A stretch of DNA of 64,000 nt from Eledone cirrhosa (Eukaryota). Made by a program: the position numbers and the translations under genes. A model generated the notes under the pieces. The model was not told the origin of the DNA. It searched no databases and saw only the letters and a program-made list of their open reading frames with translations. The DNA is taken from contig OZ024758.1 in NCBI GenBank assembly GCA_964016885.1, positions 10,726,001 to 10,790,000 of the forward strand. The letters run 5' to 3'. Shown piece after piece: positions 1 to 13,745 of this stretch (position 1 is the first letter of the stretch; the number at the start of each line of letters is the position of its first letter).

Positions 1-250
1 AACAACCAGCCGAGTGCTGCAGTTGATCTTATCGTCTGTATCCATCAATCACATTTGTGGCAGTGTGGCTGTTAGAAATAATATTGAAACGAACTGAGAC
101 CCGAAACGTCAGCAGACATCAGTACAAATATATTGAATTAATATTATTGTAAATACCGCATCTTATATTTGATTTTAGATTCCCTTCATTTCCTGACTTA
201 TGAATAAATATTAAAATTGAATGTGTGCATACATTTACACCACCAGCACC

Positions 251-380
<130 letters not shown>

Positions 381-917
381 ACATGTGTGTGTATTTATTT
401 ATAAACCTATTTCTATTTACGTTCATACATTACTTATTTTAAATCTTCTGATTTCATGCGAACAAATACACATACAAACATTAGCGCTCAAACACCACTA
501 CTGTTTGATTAAAGATAAGAAGAGAATGGAATATTCAATAGTTTGACCTAAAAAGAATGTGCCCGTGCTGCTTTCGCCAGCGAAATAGTCAGATAACTTA
601 CAAAACAAATTTGGTGTTAAGGCTTTGTTTAAGAACATTACTATACATTTAGATAGAAATAGAAGAGAAATACTAATTCTTATGACTTCAACCGAAACGA
701 GCCTATATCTGAGAGACCCCCAAACGTTTTAAACCATCGCTCAGCGAGACCAGACATGTCAAAAAATCAGTAAACGGGATATAAACTAAACAAACAGTAA
801 AGAAATAAAAATATGTGTGTGTGTCTGCGTGAATAAAAAATAAACGAAAAATAGTATATCAAACGATACATAATGAAGATATATATTAGTTTAAGGCTGT
901 ATATAGTAGGAAAAGAG

Positions 918-953
918 TCTTAACGTTTCAGACGCTAGTCCTTCATCAGCAGA
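918..953 (-). ncRNA. Minimal type-I hammerhead ribozyme motif (PLE-type), stem I slightly degenerate
   Basis: Minus strand reads TCT-G-CTGATGA-A-GGAC-TAGC-GTCT-GAAACGTT-A-AGA: CUGAUGA and GAAA core boxes, stem II GGAC/GTCT, palindromic AACGTT in place of stem III. Lies about 50 bp from a (TA)n run. Confidence 0.7.
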
Positions 954-1000
954 TAGAGAAATAAAAGAATAAATAGAAAGTAAGATATAGGAGAGTGAAA

Positions 1001-1070
<70 letters not shown>

Positions 1071-1229
1071 AGGATGAATATAAAATGAAAGTGCTTTTGT
1101 TAAAAAAGGAATCTATTAGGTATTCTACATTTTCTCCGGAATATAATTTATACTCGTTGAGCAAACCTGCACGTACGCTGTTCATCTCTAACGTAACGAT
1201 ATATTATCACTACATTATTGATAACCTGA

Positions 1230-1266
<37 letters not shown>

Positions 1267-1939
1267 CTCCCAGAGAAACGTCAGGTTTTGGCCAATATGT
1301 TCTATCTCCGAGCATGGTATCATCGACCACTTTGGGGAATCCTGCTCAATCTGCTAGCTTGATCTGTTAAAAATAACTGCCATACATCTCTTTAAAACAC
1401 GCACTATTGTCTTACAAAACAAAGGTAGATTAGATAGTGTATTTCTGAATACAGAATGTCTAAAATATTATGTTTCCGGTTAGAAATCCTTTAATCATAG
1501 GCCTAGCTTTGAGGCTTAGCAACAGCAATCGAAAGAGACAACATAATTATGGCTGGTCTATTGCTTGCATGCTTGCTGCTTGTTTGTTATATTCTCTTCA
1601 ATTATGTGATATATGTTAGAGGAAAACACCGGAATACGGATACATTAACTCACAGGTATTGCAGCTTTGACAACAAAACCTAATAAATATTTTCCTTGTT
1701 CACTCCTAAATTGTGACTGTCATTCGAGTAGCTTTACATCTTAATTGTTTTATGTACTTTTGTAATAGAAATTGCTTCAGCAATTTACGCTTTTTATTAG
1801 GTCTTTTTTTTCTGGCTTTCCTTCAGATCGTTCATGCTTCTTTTTGTGTATTTTTTTACTTAGTTACTACAGCTGTTGTTTGTAAACCTATTGCTTGTTA
1901 GTGCTGGTAATGCAGACACACATACACACACATACACAC

Positions 1940-2012
<73 letters not shown>

Positions 2013-2026
2013 GATAACTTGTTATC

Positions 2027-2073
<47 letters not shown>

Positions 2074-2422
2074 CCCATATATATATATATATTATGCACT
2101 CTTTGTCTAACAGTGTAAGATATATCTAAATCAAGACTTGCACGTTATTGACGCTTGTCATTGAAATCCTGTCAGATTTGCTTGCTTTATCGGCGTTTTC
2201 TTCCCTTGTGTTTAGATTTATTACTGTGTGTTGTTTTTGCAAATGGAGTAAGGATTCACAAAGTAGCGAAGTTTAGATAGATGTTTAATCGCCCTGGACT
2301 TTGACTGGTAATAGTATTAATCTGTCAGAAGAAATATGTCCATAGCTTGATAACAATATATATATTCCATAATCTTTCTGCATTCTCTGGCGAGATGAAA
2401 TAGAACAGCTTCATAAAAAGGA

Positions 2423-2720
<298 letters not shown>

Positions 2721-2723
<3 letters not shown>

Positions 2724-2870
2724 ACAATATATTAACAAATGGAAACTATATTTATAAAACCATATTTATTTCATTATAATTTGTTGTATTTAATTATAAT
2801 TATAATTTGTTGAGGGCTTTATATCAGTTATAAAAATATTTTGCTTGTTGTATCCCAACAAATTAAATAT
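2721..2870 (+). mobile_element. Truncated fold-back PLE remnant, family C (inverted arm plus tail)
   Basis: 2725-2778 matches 13837-13889 directly; 2807-2868 is the reverse complement of the tail at 13757-13818. Confidence 0.8.
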
Positions 2871-2877
2871 AACCTCT

Positions 2878-2972
<95 letters not shown>

Positions 2973-3006
2973 CGAGAAAAACCAGAGATCCTCCATCTCA
3001 ACTCTA

Positions 3007-3042
3007 CTTTTGAAAAGCAGAAGAACTGCGAAACCGGTAAAG
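3007..3042 (+). ncRNA. Hammerhead ribozyme with U3-A8 core variant (family E)
   Basis: CTT-TTGAAAA-GCAG-AAGAA-CTGC-GAAA-CCG-GTA-AAG: stem I CTT/AAG, stem II GCAG/CTGC, palindromic ACCGGT, GUA cleavage triplet. Confidence 0.75.
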
Positions 3043-3172
3043 GAACCAAATAAATATATATATATTTTTTAAATAAGACTCCAGTTGCATTTTTGATTTC
3101 ATCTTTTTTTCTTTATACTTTCACTCGTGTAGGACACCACGGTTATTTTTCATTTTGTAAAAAAACCCTCAC

Positions 3173-3212
<40 letters not shown>

Positions 3213-3216
<4 letters not shown>

Positions 3217-3540
3217 CGTTTCTGAATTTGTTTAGCAAGATTCTTTATCTGAAAACGCGTGTTGAAACCGATATTGTTATACTTTGGGAGGGTCATGTTG
3301 CCAATAAGAAACACACGCACCAGTTGATTTCACTTCAATTTATTATAATAAATTTATAAATTTAGGAATTTATAAATTTCCGGTTGGTTGGTTGGTTCCA
3401 CAATCAGATGGTTGTTTATATATTGTCAAAGTTCTTTCGTCACACATTCTGTGACCTCTTCAGTAACTGGGGATTCTTTTCTTTGTTTTTTGTGCCTCTC
3501 CTTTGTTCTGTCCTACGCCATCTTGTTTTTTTGTGTGTGT

Positions 3541-3542
<2 letters not shown>
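3213..3542 (-). mobile_element. TA-flanked PLE terminal-repeat remnant (family F) carrying a hammerhead
   Basis: Bounded by (TA)n on both sides; contains the hammerhead at 3425-3467; atattgttatactt.gggagggtcat.ttg is shared in inverted orientation with 18018-18050. Confidence 0.65.
3425..3467 (-). ncRNA. Type-I hammerhead ribozyme motif
   Basis: Minus strand: GTTA-CTGAAGA-G-GTCACA-GAATG-TGTGAC-GAAA-GAA-CTT-TGAC: stem I GTTA/TGAC, 6-bp stem II, minimal stem III, CUU triplet. Confidence 0.75.
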
Positions 3543-3588
<46 letters not shown>

Positions 3589-3800
3589 GAGGAGAGAGGA
3601 GCCAATCATGATAGTAGGACAGAATATTGAAGAATAGAAATAACAACAGATATATCGATAGGAATCTCAATCGATCAACCGATGACATATATAGATAACT
3701 TGATCAGCAAATAGATAAATACCGATTAATCACACAAACACACAAGCATATACATATATATATGTATATGTGTGATTATATATATATATATATGTGTGTG

Positions 3801-3831
<31 letters not shown>

Positions 3832-3867
3832 TTGTCATATATATATATATATGTGTGTGTGTGTTTG

Positions 3868-3926
<59 letters not shown>

Positions 3927-3941
3927 TACAGATAGATAGAT

Positions 3942-4014
<73 letters not shown>

Positions 4015-4436
4015 CCTGTAAATATCGAAATATAAAAATAAAATGAATTAACTATATTCTTGGCAAGTATATACTATTAACTACATAATTTCCATAAATC
4101 AATATATACTTTAGCAAATAAATATGCAGTTCCATAAAATCGAAACATTCCCCATATATTTAGATATAGGCCACAGCAATAATTGGAAGGAAATATGTAA
4201 ATATATGCAACAACATAGATGTGTAGCAGAAAAAGACAAATTGAAAGATGAACAAAACAGATAGCATATGAATATGCACCATGTGATAAGTTTAACACTG
4301 GTGATGATAATTATATGAATACACATAATACAACTATGTAATTCAAAACAATATACGAATCTCTATTTCACTCGATAACCTTGATAATCTAGTTATATAT
4401 AATCATGTTAATTACATTACTATGTTAACTTAAACA

Positions 4437-4610
4437 ACTGTTTCTACTTTTGGCACAAGGCCAGCAATTATCCCAGTGCATTACTGATGCTTTATTTTAT
4501 CGACCCCGTAAGGATGAAAGGCAAAGTTAACCTCGGCAGGATTTGAACTTAGATCAGAAAGGAGCGTAACTCTGTGCTGCAAAGCATGTTGTCCGACCCT
4601 CTACCGATTA
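4437..4610 (-). mobile_element. tRNA-derived SINE (family S1, Meta-domain-like body)
   Basis: Reverse complement aligns to the full copy at 20097-20282 (B box GTTCAAATCC, body ctttgcctttcatccttacggggtcgataaaataaag). Confidence 0.9.
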
Positions 4611-4988
4611 CACATCTGAAACTCAAGTGATATTATACATACACACATGCAAAATAGAAATAAATGTATATATATATATATACGCATAAGAATTATCAAC
4701 AAATGCTATCGTATTTAAGCATGATTTTTTATATCGAATTGATAATTATTTAAGGAAGATAAAACTGCCTGACCTACTTATAAGCTAACACAATTCTTAT
4801 AGTGCAATACTGTTATCATTACTGTTATCATATCCACAACATTAATATATATATATTAAGCGTTCATTCACAGGATATAGAGAAATATGTTGCTTTAGAT
4901 GTACTACTATATGTATATATATATGTATATATATATATATATATATATAGCAGTACATCTAAAGCAACATATTTCTGTATATATATAT

Positions 4989-5181
4989 AACGAAGGAGTT
5001 GTGGTAAGGAACCAGATGGACCATAACGCAGCAGAGTACTCACTACTTAGGGTAGTAGAGTGGGTAATAGGAAAATGTATGACCCCCAATGGCAGAGCTC
5101 AAGCCGTTTCGACGGCTATTTCCGGACTTAAAATAGCCGTCGAAACGGCTTGAGCTCTGCCGTTGCGGTCATACATTTTCC

Positions 5182-5183
<2 letters not shown>
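4989..5183 (-). mobile_element. Fold-back PLE remnant, family A copy 1
   Basis: About 79-bp tail, then inverted arms 5068-5121/5131-5183; flanked by (TA)n; homologous to four other copies. Confidence 0.85.
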
Positions 5184-5274
<91 letters not shown>

Positions 5275-5498
5275 AACGAAGGAAATGTGGTAAGGAACCA
5301 GGTGGACCATAACGCACCAAAGTACTCAATACTTAGGGTAGTAGAGTGGGTAATAGCAACCAGTAAGACCCCGACGGCTGAGCTCAAGCCGTTTCGACGG
5401 CTAATTCTGGACTAAAAAAAATTTTTTTTTTTTTCCTTAGTCCAGAATTAACCGTCGAAACGGCTTGAGCTCAGCCGTCGGGGTCATACTGGTTCCTA
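5275..5498 (-). mobile_element. Fold-back PLE remnant, family A copy 2
   Basis: Same tail and arms, with an A-run/T-run spacer at about 5414-5438; (TA)n on both sides. Confidence 0.85.
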
Positions 5499-5677
5499 TA
5501 TATATATATATATGTAGGAGCAAAATGATGACGGAAACATTTATATGATACCAATAGATGGAAATCAATGCTTCATTATTGAGCCTCCAACTATTAAAGG
5601 TAGCTTATCAACAGTATTTCGATGTGCTTGCAGATTTGGTTCACATACATAGTAAATATATATACATACATACACAG

Positions 5678-5724
<47 letters not shown>

Positions 5725-6002
5725 GTACTCATACATATTAATGTCTGTTATCTACCTTATAAATATATGCTATTTATCTCTCATAATTGTTTTAATTTTT
5801 AAACAATCAGAGATCATAGAAATATATGGTTGACATTGATATTTAAACGTTTACATATTTCATACCTTGTTTCCAAAATATATCCTTGCTAGTTTGGCGT
5901 TCTCACGTTTGAGTTATCTGACCAGGGTGTACAATATATAATTATTCGTCGTAGCACTAATATGCAAGAGTATTTATAAGTCATGTAGATTTGTATTAAT
6001 GA

Positions 6003-6190
6003 TCGGTGGATTGGCAGTATCGGTAGAGAGTCGGACGCCATGCTTTCCAGCATAGTTACGTCCCTTTGCGGTCTGTGTTCAAATCCCGCCGAGGTTAACT
6101 TTGCCTTTCATCCTTACGGGGTCGATAAAAATAAAGTACCAGTAATGTACTGGGTAATTGCTGGCCTTGTGCCAAAAGTAGAAACAATAA
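6003..6190 (+). mobile_element. tRNA-derived SINE family S1
   Basis: A box TGGCAGTATCGG, B box GTTCAAATCC, shared body and 3' end gctggccttgtgccaaaagtagaaac. Confidence 0.9.
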
Positions 6191-6707
6191 TGATTGCTGT
6201 GTATGAAATTGAGTGTTGGTTCATGAATGCATAAGTTACAGTTTAAATACGGACATACTCATCGCAATTCACTATAATTCACATTGACTTCGTATTTAGA
6301 GATATGTATTGAATAGCTTAACAATTATATTGGGTCTATATAATAGAAGAAATATATGATATATAACATTAAAACAATATCTATATTTCATGCTAGAAAT
6401 ATTCAATTACAGAGATGTTTGTGAACGTGGAGACACTAGTATGGATTTCCAACGATTTGATTAATGTGAGAACAATATGAATATTGAAATATATCTCTGA
6501 CACTTAAAACGAAATAAGAAATTCCAGGAAACATTTCCTGCATTAAACCTTCAACAGTAAATCCTATTTAACAAGCATAAACCCGATAAAAAACGATCAG
6601 AAATGAAATAAGACACTAGTCATCTAATTTAATTCATCTTTAAAAGAGTTTTCGAAAATAAATGTCCTACGCAATATATATACAAAATCATAAACTGCTT
6701 TTAACGA

Positions 6708-6754
<47 letters not shown>

Positions 6755-8699
6755 CTCTGTAATTAGATATACAATTAACAATTGCTTGGGTAAGAAATAT
6801 ATGATAACATACTTGAAGAGAAGTTAATATACATAATAAAATTCCCAGTGTGTGTAATATCATGGCTTTAGAATGAATTATATATTCAATACTGTACACA
6901 ATAAAGATACGATTATTTAGGAAACGCTCAATGGAAAATATTGCAAATTGTAGTGGTGTTGTTGAATATCATGAATTTTCCAAAGAATTGAAAATATCCG
7001 GTTGTTTAAAAGAGGGCGTCAATAGGGACACAACATCCATTAATTTTGAAGCTCATTATAAACATAAGGAATTGTAGCTTTACAACTTGTGTCTTGAAAC
7101 CACTCTTAGCAACTAAACCTACAATATATCTTCCTTCCTCATCAACACCAAATAAACTTTAACAATCATGACAAATAACTGGCCTTAATATTCTTTTAAA
7201 ACCTTCAATATTACTAAACATAGATCTTTGTCTGAAAAATGTCATCGATTTGCTATTGAATAAAAAACATTATTTCTGGTTTGAGTATCACAAGCAACGC
7301 ATTTATATTATGGGTTTTATAATCGTTGCAGTTATATGTAGTTTATAACAACGCGAGAAAATAACTTTAAATGAAATTCGTGTTGATACTGTCTTGGTAT
7401 TTTGTCGTCTTATTTTCTCACCTTATAAACTAAAAATAACGGTAACAACTACAACACTCATAATGATTTATAGTGACAGGCGTGCAGTGTTAAATAGTCA
7501 AAATTAAACTAACTATACTAAATTCAGTTGAATTTTCTATTGGAATATTCTATTGGAATATATTTACAAAAAAATACGAAGCTGATTAGTCAAGAAGCCT
7601 GATTCGAAATCGTGAGGTTCTGGGTTCGGATCCACTTCATGGGTGGGCATCTAGGACAGCTATCTTTATAATTTTAGATATATGGGTCACCCCAGCTGTC
7701 TGAATAACTTTTGACAGTCAGAAATTTGTATAATGAGATCATTACACCGGATCAGACTAGACCAGGGCAGTTGTAACCACCCAGCCCCTCTCGAATCCCC
7801 GTACGCATGTATCATTGTGATACGCAAATAAAAGTATTTCCTGAGCTTCATTGATTGCAATATACTAGAAATGTGTGAGAGAAAAATACCTAATAAAATC
7901 TAAAACTAGAATATTGAAAAAAAAAAATGTGTTAGAAGATTGAGAAGACGAGATATTCAATGTCTGCTACTTTGTTGATAGAAAAGAGGAGATAATGCCA
8001 TAGAAAAATCATATCAGAGAGAAATATAGAGAAAAGATTAAAGTGTTAGAGCGGAGGAGGAGTGTAAGAGATGGAGTGAAACGGTAAGTGTGAGTTTGCG
8101 TGAGTTTTATTGAGTTGACAGTTTTATAACTCATTTGATATATTTCTGCTACAAAGCCATCAACAACTAGAATAAGTGATAACCCATATATATATATAAT
8201 GTTTTGTGCGTATATATGTATATATGTATGTGTATATATACATATATGTGTATATAAATACATATATATTTATATACACTATGAAGAGAGAAGAAACATT
8301 TAGATATAATTAGTAATAAAATGTATCATACCTAAACTGTTCCTAAATTCCTCGACTACGTAGTTTCGTGGCATAAACAAAAACAATATATCAAAGATAT
8401 AGAGTCCTTGCGAGGTCTGCCGACTTATCAAGAGGATACCTCATTTTACTAGTCTCAAGAACGCGTCTACACGACGTGAGAAAGAATCCCAAAAGGCGGA
8501 GGGGGAGATAGTCACGCGATATAACGGTCGAGAAACAGAGCTAAGCCTCTTATAACCACGAAGAAAATACCACGGAGGCGGAGGGGGCATTCATATCGAG
8601 GCCGTAGAAGAGGTAGTGAAGAAGGCGAGAAGTATGAGTAATGGAAGCTTTCCAGTTGTCCCCACACCTCAAAGATTGCTCGACCAGAGGGAGTTATTA

Positions 8700-8838
8700 A
8701 TATATTTAGAAACACACAGATACATGCGGACACACACATATATACATGAATGCATCCGCACCCAACTCACAGTTGGGTGCGGATGCATTCATGTATATAT
8801 GTGTGTGTCCGCATGTATCTGTGTGTTTCTAAATATAT
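8700..8838. repeat. Perfect 68-bp-arm palindrome with 3-nt loop
   Basis: 8700-8767 is the exact reverse complement of 8771-8838, loop CAC. Confidence 0.95.
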
Positions 8839-8839
8839 A

Positions 8840-8927
<88 letters not shown>

Positions 8928-8932
8928 AATAT

Positions 8933-9003
<71 letters not shown>

Positions 9004-9007
<4 letters not shown>

Positions 9008-9434
9008 CGTTTGTATTTGTAAAGCCAAAACAATGCAGAGATGGATATAGAATATAAATGCAAATGCAAAAGATAATGTTGACAATTAGTCTTTTACCTT
9101 AAATTTATTTAAATATCCTGAATTTTCGAGATACTATCTCTTCTTCGGAGGGAAGTAAAGTAGTTAAATCAGCGTTCTAAATAACTGATTTCCTGTCAGC
9201 ATGACTTGGCAAGCTATTTAGAACGCTGGTTTAACAACTTTACTTCCCTCCGAAGAAGAGATATTATCTCGAAAATTAATGATATTTAAATAAATTTAAG
9301 GTAAAAGACTAATTGTCAACATTATCTTTTGCATTTGCATTTATATTCTATATCCATACCTGCATTGTTTTGGCTTTACAAATACAAACGTTTATACCTC
9401 ATTACACAATGCTTCAAGTGAACTATAACTTCCT

Positions 9435-9437
<3 letters not shown>
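9004..9437 (+). mobile_element. Fold-back PLE remnant, family B copy 1
   Basis: Inverted arms about 9004-9186/9212-9394, unpaired tail 9395-9437, (TA)n on both sides, hammerhead-like motif in each arm. Confidence 0.85.
9117..9151 (-). ncRNA. Hammerhead-like motif with CCGAAGA core (mirror copy at 9247-9281, + strand)
   Basis: Minus strand: CCT-CCGAAGA-A-GAGAT-AGT-ATCTC-GAAA-A-TTC-AGG: stem I CCT/AGG, 5-bp stem II, palindromic AATT, UUC triplet. Position 4 is C instead of U in both arms. Confidence 0.6.
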
Positions 9438-9487
<50 letters not shown>

Positions 9488-9777
9488 ATTATTAGAATTT
9501 AGCTTTGAGCATAGCTGTATACAGATATGTATTGGAATTTCGTATTTCTAAAGAAATACGGTATGTTTATAAATAAACATTTAGAAAGCCATAGCTATGC
9601 AGCAAAAACACCGGTGGCTGTCGCCACCTGGCGGCGTCCAGCAGAAGCAGCAAGGGGGTGGGGAGAAAATCGTCGATGTATCTCGAACCGAGCTAGTTGT
9701 CTTCAAGATGCTCCCTCCTGCTCTTGCAACTGCTGGACTTTGAAAACAGTCGAGAATATATAGCTTTCTGGTCTGTG

Positions 9778-9853
<76 letters not shown>

Positions 9854-12440
9854 CACAGACTATATATATATATATATATATATGACAGGAAGTGATGTAG
9901 AAGGAATAGTACAGCAGTTTTATTCTATCTCTGGTTTTCATTTTATCAATGTCGAAGAGATCAAAATATAAAAACATGTCATGTGCTCACGACAGAATTA
10001 TGTAATCAGTGTTGTATGTCCGTCGGGTTATCACCTACTTTTATCATTCAATGTTCGTCTGGAAAAACAAGTTAAATTTAATAGCTGAACGGATTTACTG
10101 TGTAATCTGATTTTAGAGTTTCCATAGATATTTTAGTAATATATATTTTTTCTTATCTGAATTTTTACTGTTTTGGACATAACCTTTACCAAAAAACAAA
10201 ATATATTGCTATCTTACGAAGCAGTATCAGACTAGCTTTAGACTATTTTGAGAACTGAACAAGTTTGACATGAAATTAGGATATATTTGGTTTTTTTACG
10301 CTTCCCAAGAACAGAATTAAGTCGTATTTGTGCATGTGCATGTGTTTGTAAAATTATATTTACTACATGGTGATCAATACCCTTAGCCATTTAAGGCTTT
10401 GAGTCATCAATTCGCAATTTGGTGAGAATATACCAAGAGATACTAAGTGAAGTGAGGTTGCGAATTCAATTCTCGGACCGGGTGATGCGTTGTGTCCTTA
10501 TTTTTCACGTTGCTCCTTCTGCCAGGAGTTGCGGCCTGTAGATAGTATCAGTAATGGAAAGACCAATGGAAAAATTGTTTCTTCGGTCCGATTTGATAAG
10601 GTCCACCCCAGTAGGCAAGTAAATAAGATCTGGGATCTTATCAATAGATCAGAGCGATGCCAAGAGATGAAGGACACAAAAAAGCTATTCTGATTATTCA
10701 GGTTTATTGTTTCTGACATAGTCAAACACATCCAGCAATAATAAAGAGTTAAACTGTTAAAAACACAGCATATTTGAAAAAGGAAAAACGTGTCAGTGCG
10801 AACATATATACTATGTAAACAAAACAGTTTCCTATAGATAAATATATTAAACATGATATCTATACCTAAATCTCCAAATATCTGAAGAACAACATCTGTA
10901 TGTGTCAGATCGAAATTCTATTTTGGATTGTTGCACCGTTGCCAATATTTAAAAATCGAAACTCGAAAATAGCGAACTAAATTGTATTTCAGATATGTGT
11001 CTTGTGCCAAATTATAATTTACACCATTTACGGAACTACATTGTATTTAGGACAACTGTCACATATAAACTGGTTTAGACATTGAAATCATGCTGGTTTT
11101 CAAAGATGTAATAACGTTGTAACTAAACATCGGGTTGTATAGTTGTATAGGTTGTTAAGGTTTAGTGTCCGAATTCATCTCAGATTGTGCAACTCGATAT
11201 TTTGAAGATCGTCTCATATTGTCTTCATACATAGATTTCAAAGAAGATACGTTTGGAGGGATTTGATGAAGAATCTGGTTACTATTTTTGGCGGATCTAA
11301 CAATCACTTGAAAGATCTCTCGTTGGTTCATGTTTCATTACATATTTTTGCGGCCTCAAATAAGAGGAATAAATATTTTGTAAGAAATATATTACGAAAT
11401 GTAATTTTAAATAAATGCAGTGATTATAGTGATGACGATGATAATGACGATGGAGGGATTATAATATCTCTACTGGTTTGGTTCGGAGAAATAATAGAAA
11501 TATATCTGTTTTCCCATATTGAACAGCAGACCTTGTACGACTATGTGTTTTCTTTTTATTCTTTGTCTTGACCGAAACAGATCCTGAAAACAAAATTAAT
11601 TTGCTGACATATCGGGGTGGTTTTAATTGTTTTAAAAATACAAGTTATTAATTAGTTTCCCTTTAAATTTGAGCCTGTTTGATTGAGTAAGAAATCAATT
11701 TTTATCTCAAAAACCAAACATGGAAAACAGCTGTAGATGAAAGGATTAATAATATTGCTACATGTTTACAACTACAATAATATTGCTACATGTTTACTAC
11801 AATAATACGAAGTAAGATTCTCTATTACATTTCCAAAGATTTTATTGTTTCATGAAATACTAAAACAACATCTAATCCAATTATAGTGAATTTGTTTCCG
11901 AAACAAATTAACAGTTAGGCGCTGTTGAGCTTCGTTACATTCAATAAATACATGCACTGAGAAATATTTTTGTCGTGTTAAATAAATATAGAAGATTTTA
12001 TTAAGAGTCTATATCTGAATATTTTATTACGGCCCCGTACCGATATATTTGTAACCTTCTTATATTAGAAAAATCTGATTTTCGATGGAGTTTGAATAAA
12101 ATAATATCTAAACATCGAGAAAATAAATATATCAGCAAATTGGATATACAAGAACTAAAATTCAAGTTAAGCGTGAAAGAGCTGAGCACAAGAAATAAAA
12201 TTGTCAGAGGAAAAAATCAATAGCATCGACCAGGAAGTTTAAAGCCTTATAGTATCAGGGTTGATAAACATAAGTTAAAGAGGCGATTTCTTGACTGTAA
12301 GTAAATATGCATGGTGAGATGTAACTTCGTTGTAAAGATTTAGCATCTGGACAAATGTGTTATGTTATGGCCAAGAAAACCTAATATATATTAGTTAGTT
12401 ACTACATTAAACAGGCAATATTAGATACACAAACGTACGC

Positions 12441-12453
12441 ATATATATATATT

Positions 12454-12486
<33 letters not shown>

Positions 12487-12559
12487 GTACACATATATGT
12501 ACACACATATGTACATATATATATATATGTACATATATATATATATATATGTATATATA

Positions 12560-12604
<45 letters not shown>

Positions 12605-12715
12605 GTGTATATATATATGTACACATATATATATATATGTATATATGCATATGTATATATGTATATATATATATGTATATATATATATGTATGTATATAT
12701 ATATATATATATATG
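12441..12715. repeat. (TA)n/(TATG) compound microsatellite
   Basis: Direct reading. Confidence 0.95.
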
Positions 12716-12819
12716 GTATCTGTTCTTACTCACTATTGGCATATATCTGGCAACTACAATTTCTAACTCAAGATTTAACATCTTAACAGAACTAACTAGG
12801 TATCTTATGTATAGACATG

Positions 12820-12870
12820 ACTTCTCCAGGACTAGAACTGTTTCATTCGTTTGAAATCATCATCATCATC
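12820..12870 (-). pseudogene. Decayed copy of the 41488-41538 hammerhead
   Basis: caggactagaactgtttcattc.tt.gaaatcatca is shared with 41496-41531; GUA changed to GGA, and the CTGATGA end runs into a (CAT)n tract. Confidence 0.7.
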
Positions 12871-12894
12871 ATATATATATATATATATATATAT

Positions 12895-13064
12895 AACGAA
12901 GGAAATGTGGTAAGGAACCAGATGGACCATAACGCACCAAAGTACTCAATACTTAGGGTAGTAGAGTGGGTAATAGGAAAATGTATGACCCCGACGGCAG
13001 AACTTATCAGCCCAGAATTAGCCGTCGAAACGGCTTCAGCTCTGCCGTCGGGGTCATACTTGTT

Positions 13065-13068
<4 letters not shown>
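12895..13068 (-). mobile_element. Fold-back PLE remnant, family A copy 3
   Basis: Same tail; left arm truncated at about 13001; right arm 13010-13068; (TA)n flanks. Confidence 0.85.
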
Positions 13069-13133
<65 letters not shown>

Positions 13134-13661
13134 GCGTGTTTTTGTGTATTTTTGTAAAAGAAAGACAGACAGAAGGACAAACAGAAAAATAAAGAGCGTG
13201 ACAGAAGCAAAGCTGAAATAAAAAATTTAAGAATCCTATCACCTTTTGTCGGGCTATAAAATATCAAAAACATTACCAGGAAGTTTTAGAAAACAAAATT
13301 CAGCCGAGTTTATCTTCTTGATATTCAATATTCTTCAAACCCGCAACACTATGTTATATAAAAAAACAAACCCGCTTATCTTTGGTATTGATTACTGTGG
13401 GATATTTCAAAGGTTAAACTATACATTGATTACATAACTAAGACAAGATAACACCATCCATAATTGAAAAGGTTAATTGTTAGATTAACGCAACAGCGTT
13501 CTTATTAGGAGATGTTTTTGATCACTGTAATTTGACATTATCATCGGGTTAGATGCGTGTTTGGTGTGTATGAGAGGGTGTATGTATGTTGTGTGTTTGT
13601 GTGTGCATATTTATCATGTAAATATCTCCACTGTAGTTAGGAATTGATGTTATACCTACAG

Positions 13662-13745
<84 letters not shown>

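Noticed and set aside
94-116. cccgaaacgtcagcag, hammerhead 3'-half-like (similar gaaaacagctgtagatg at 11723)
   Set aside because: No upstream CUGANGA box or stem I partner.
8400-8695. GC-rich island possibly coding
   Set aside because: No recognisable motif or splice signals in the frames checked; probably an old TE fragment but cannot be classified.
10876-10923. CTGAAGA...hairpin...GAAATTC
   Set aside because: Five unpaired bases before stem II and stem I out of register; compatible with chance.
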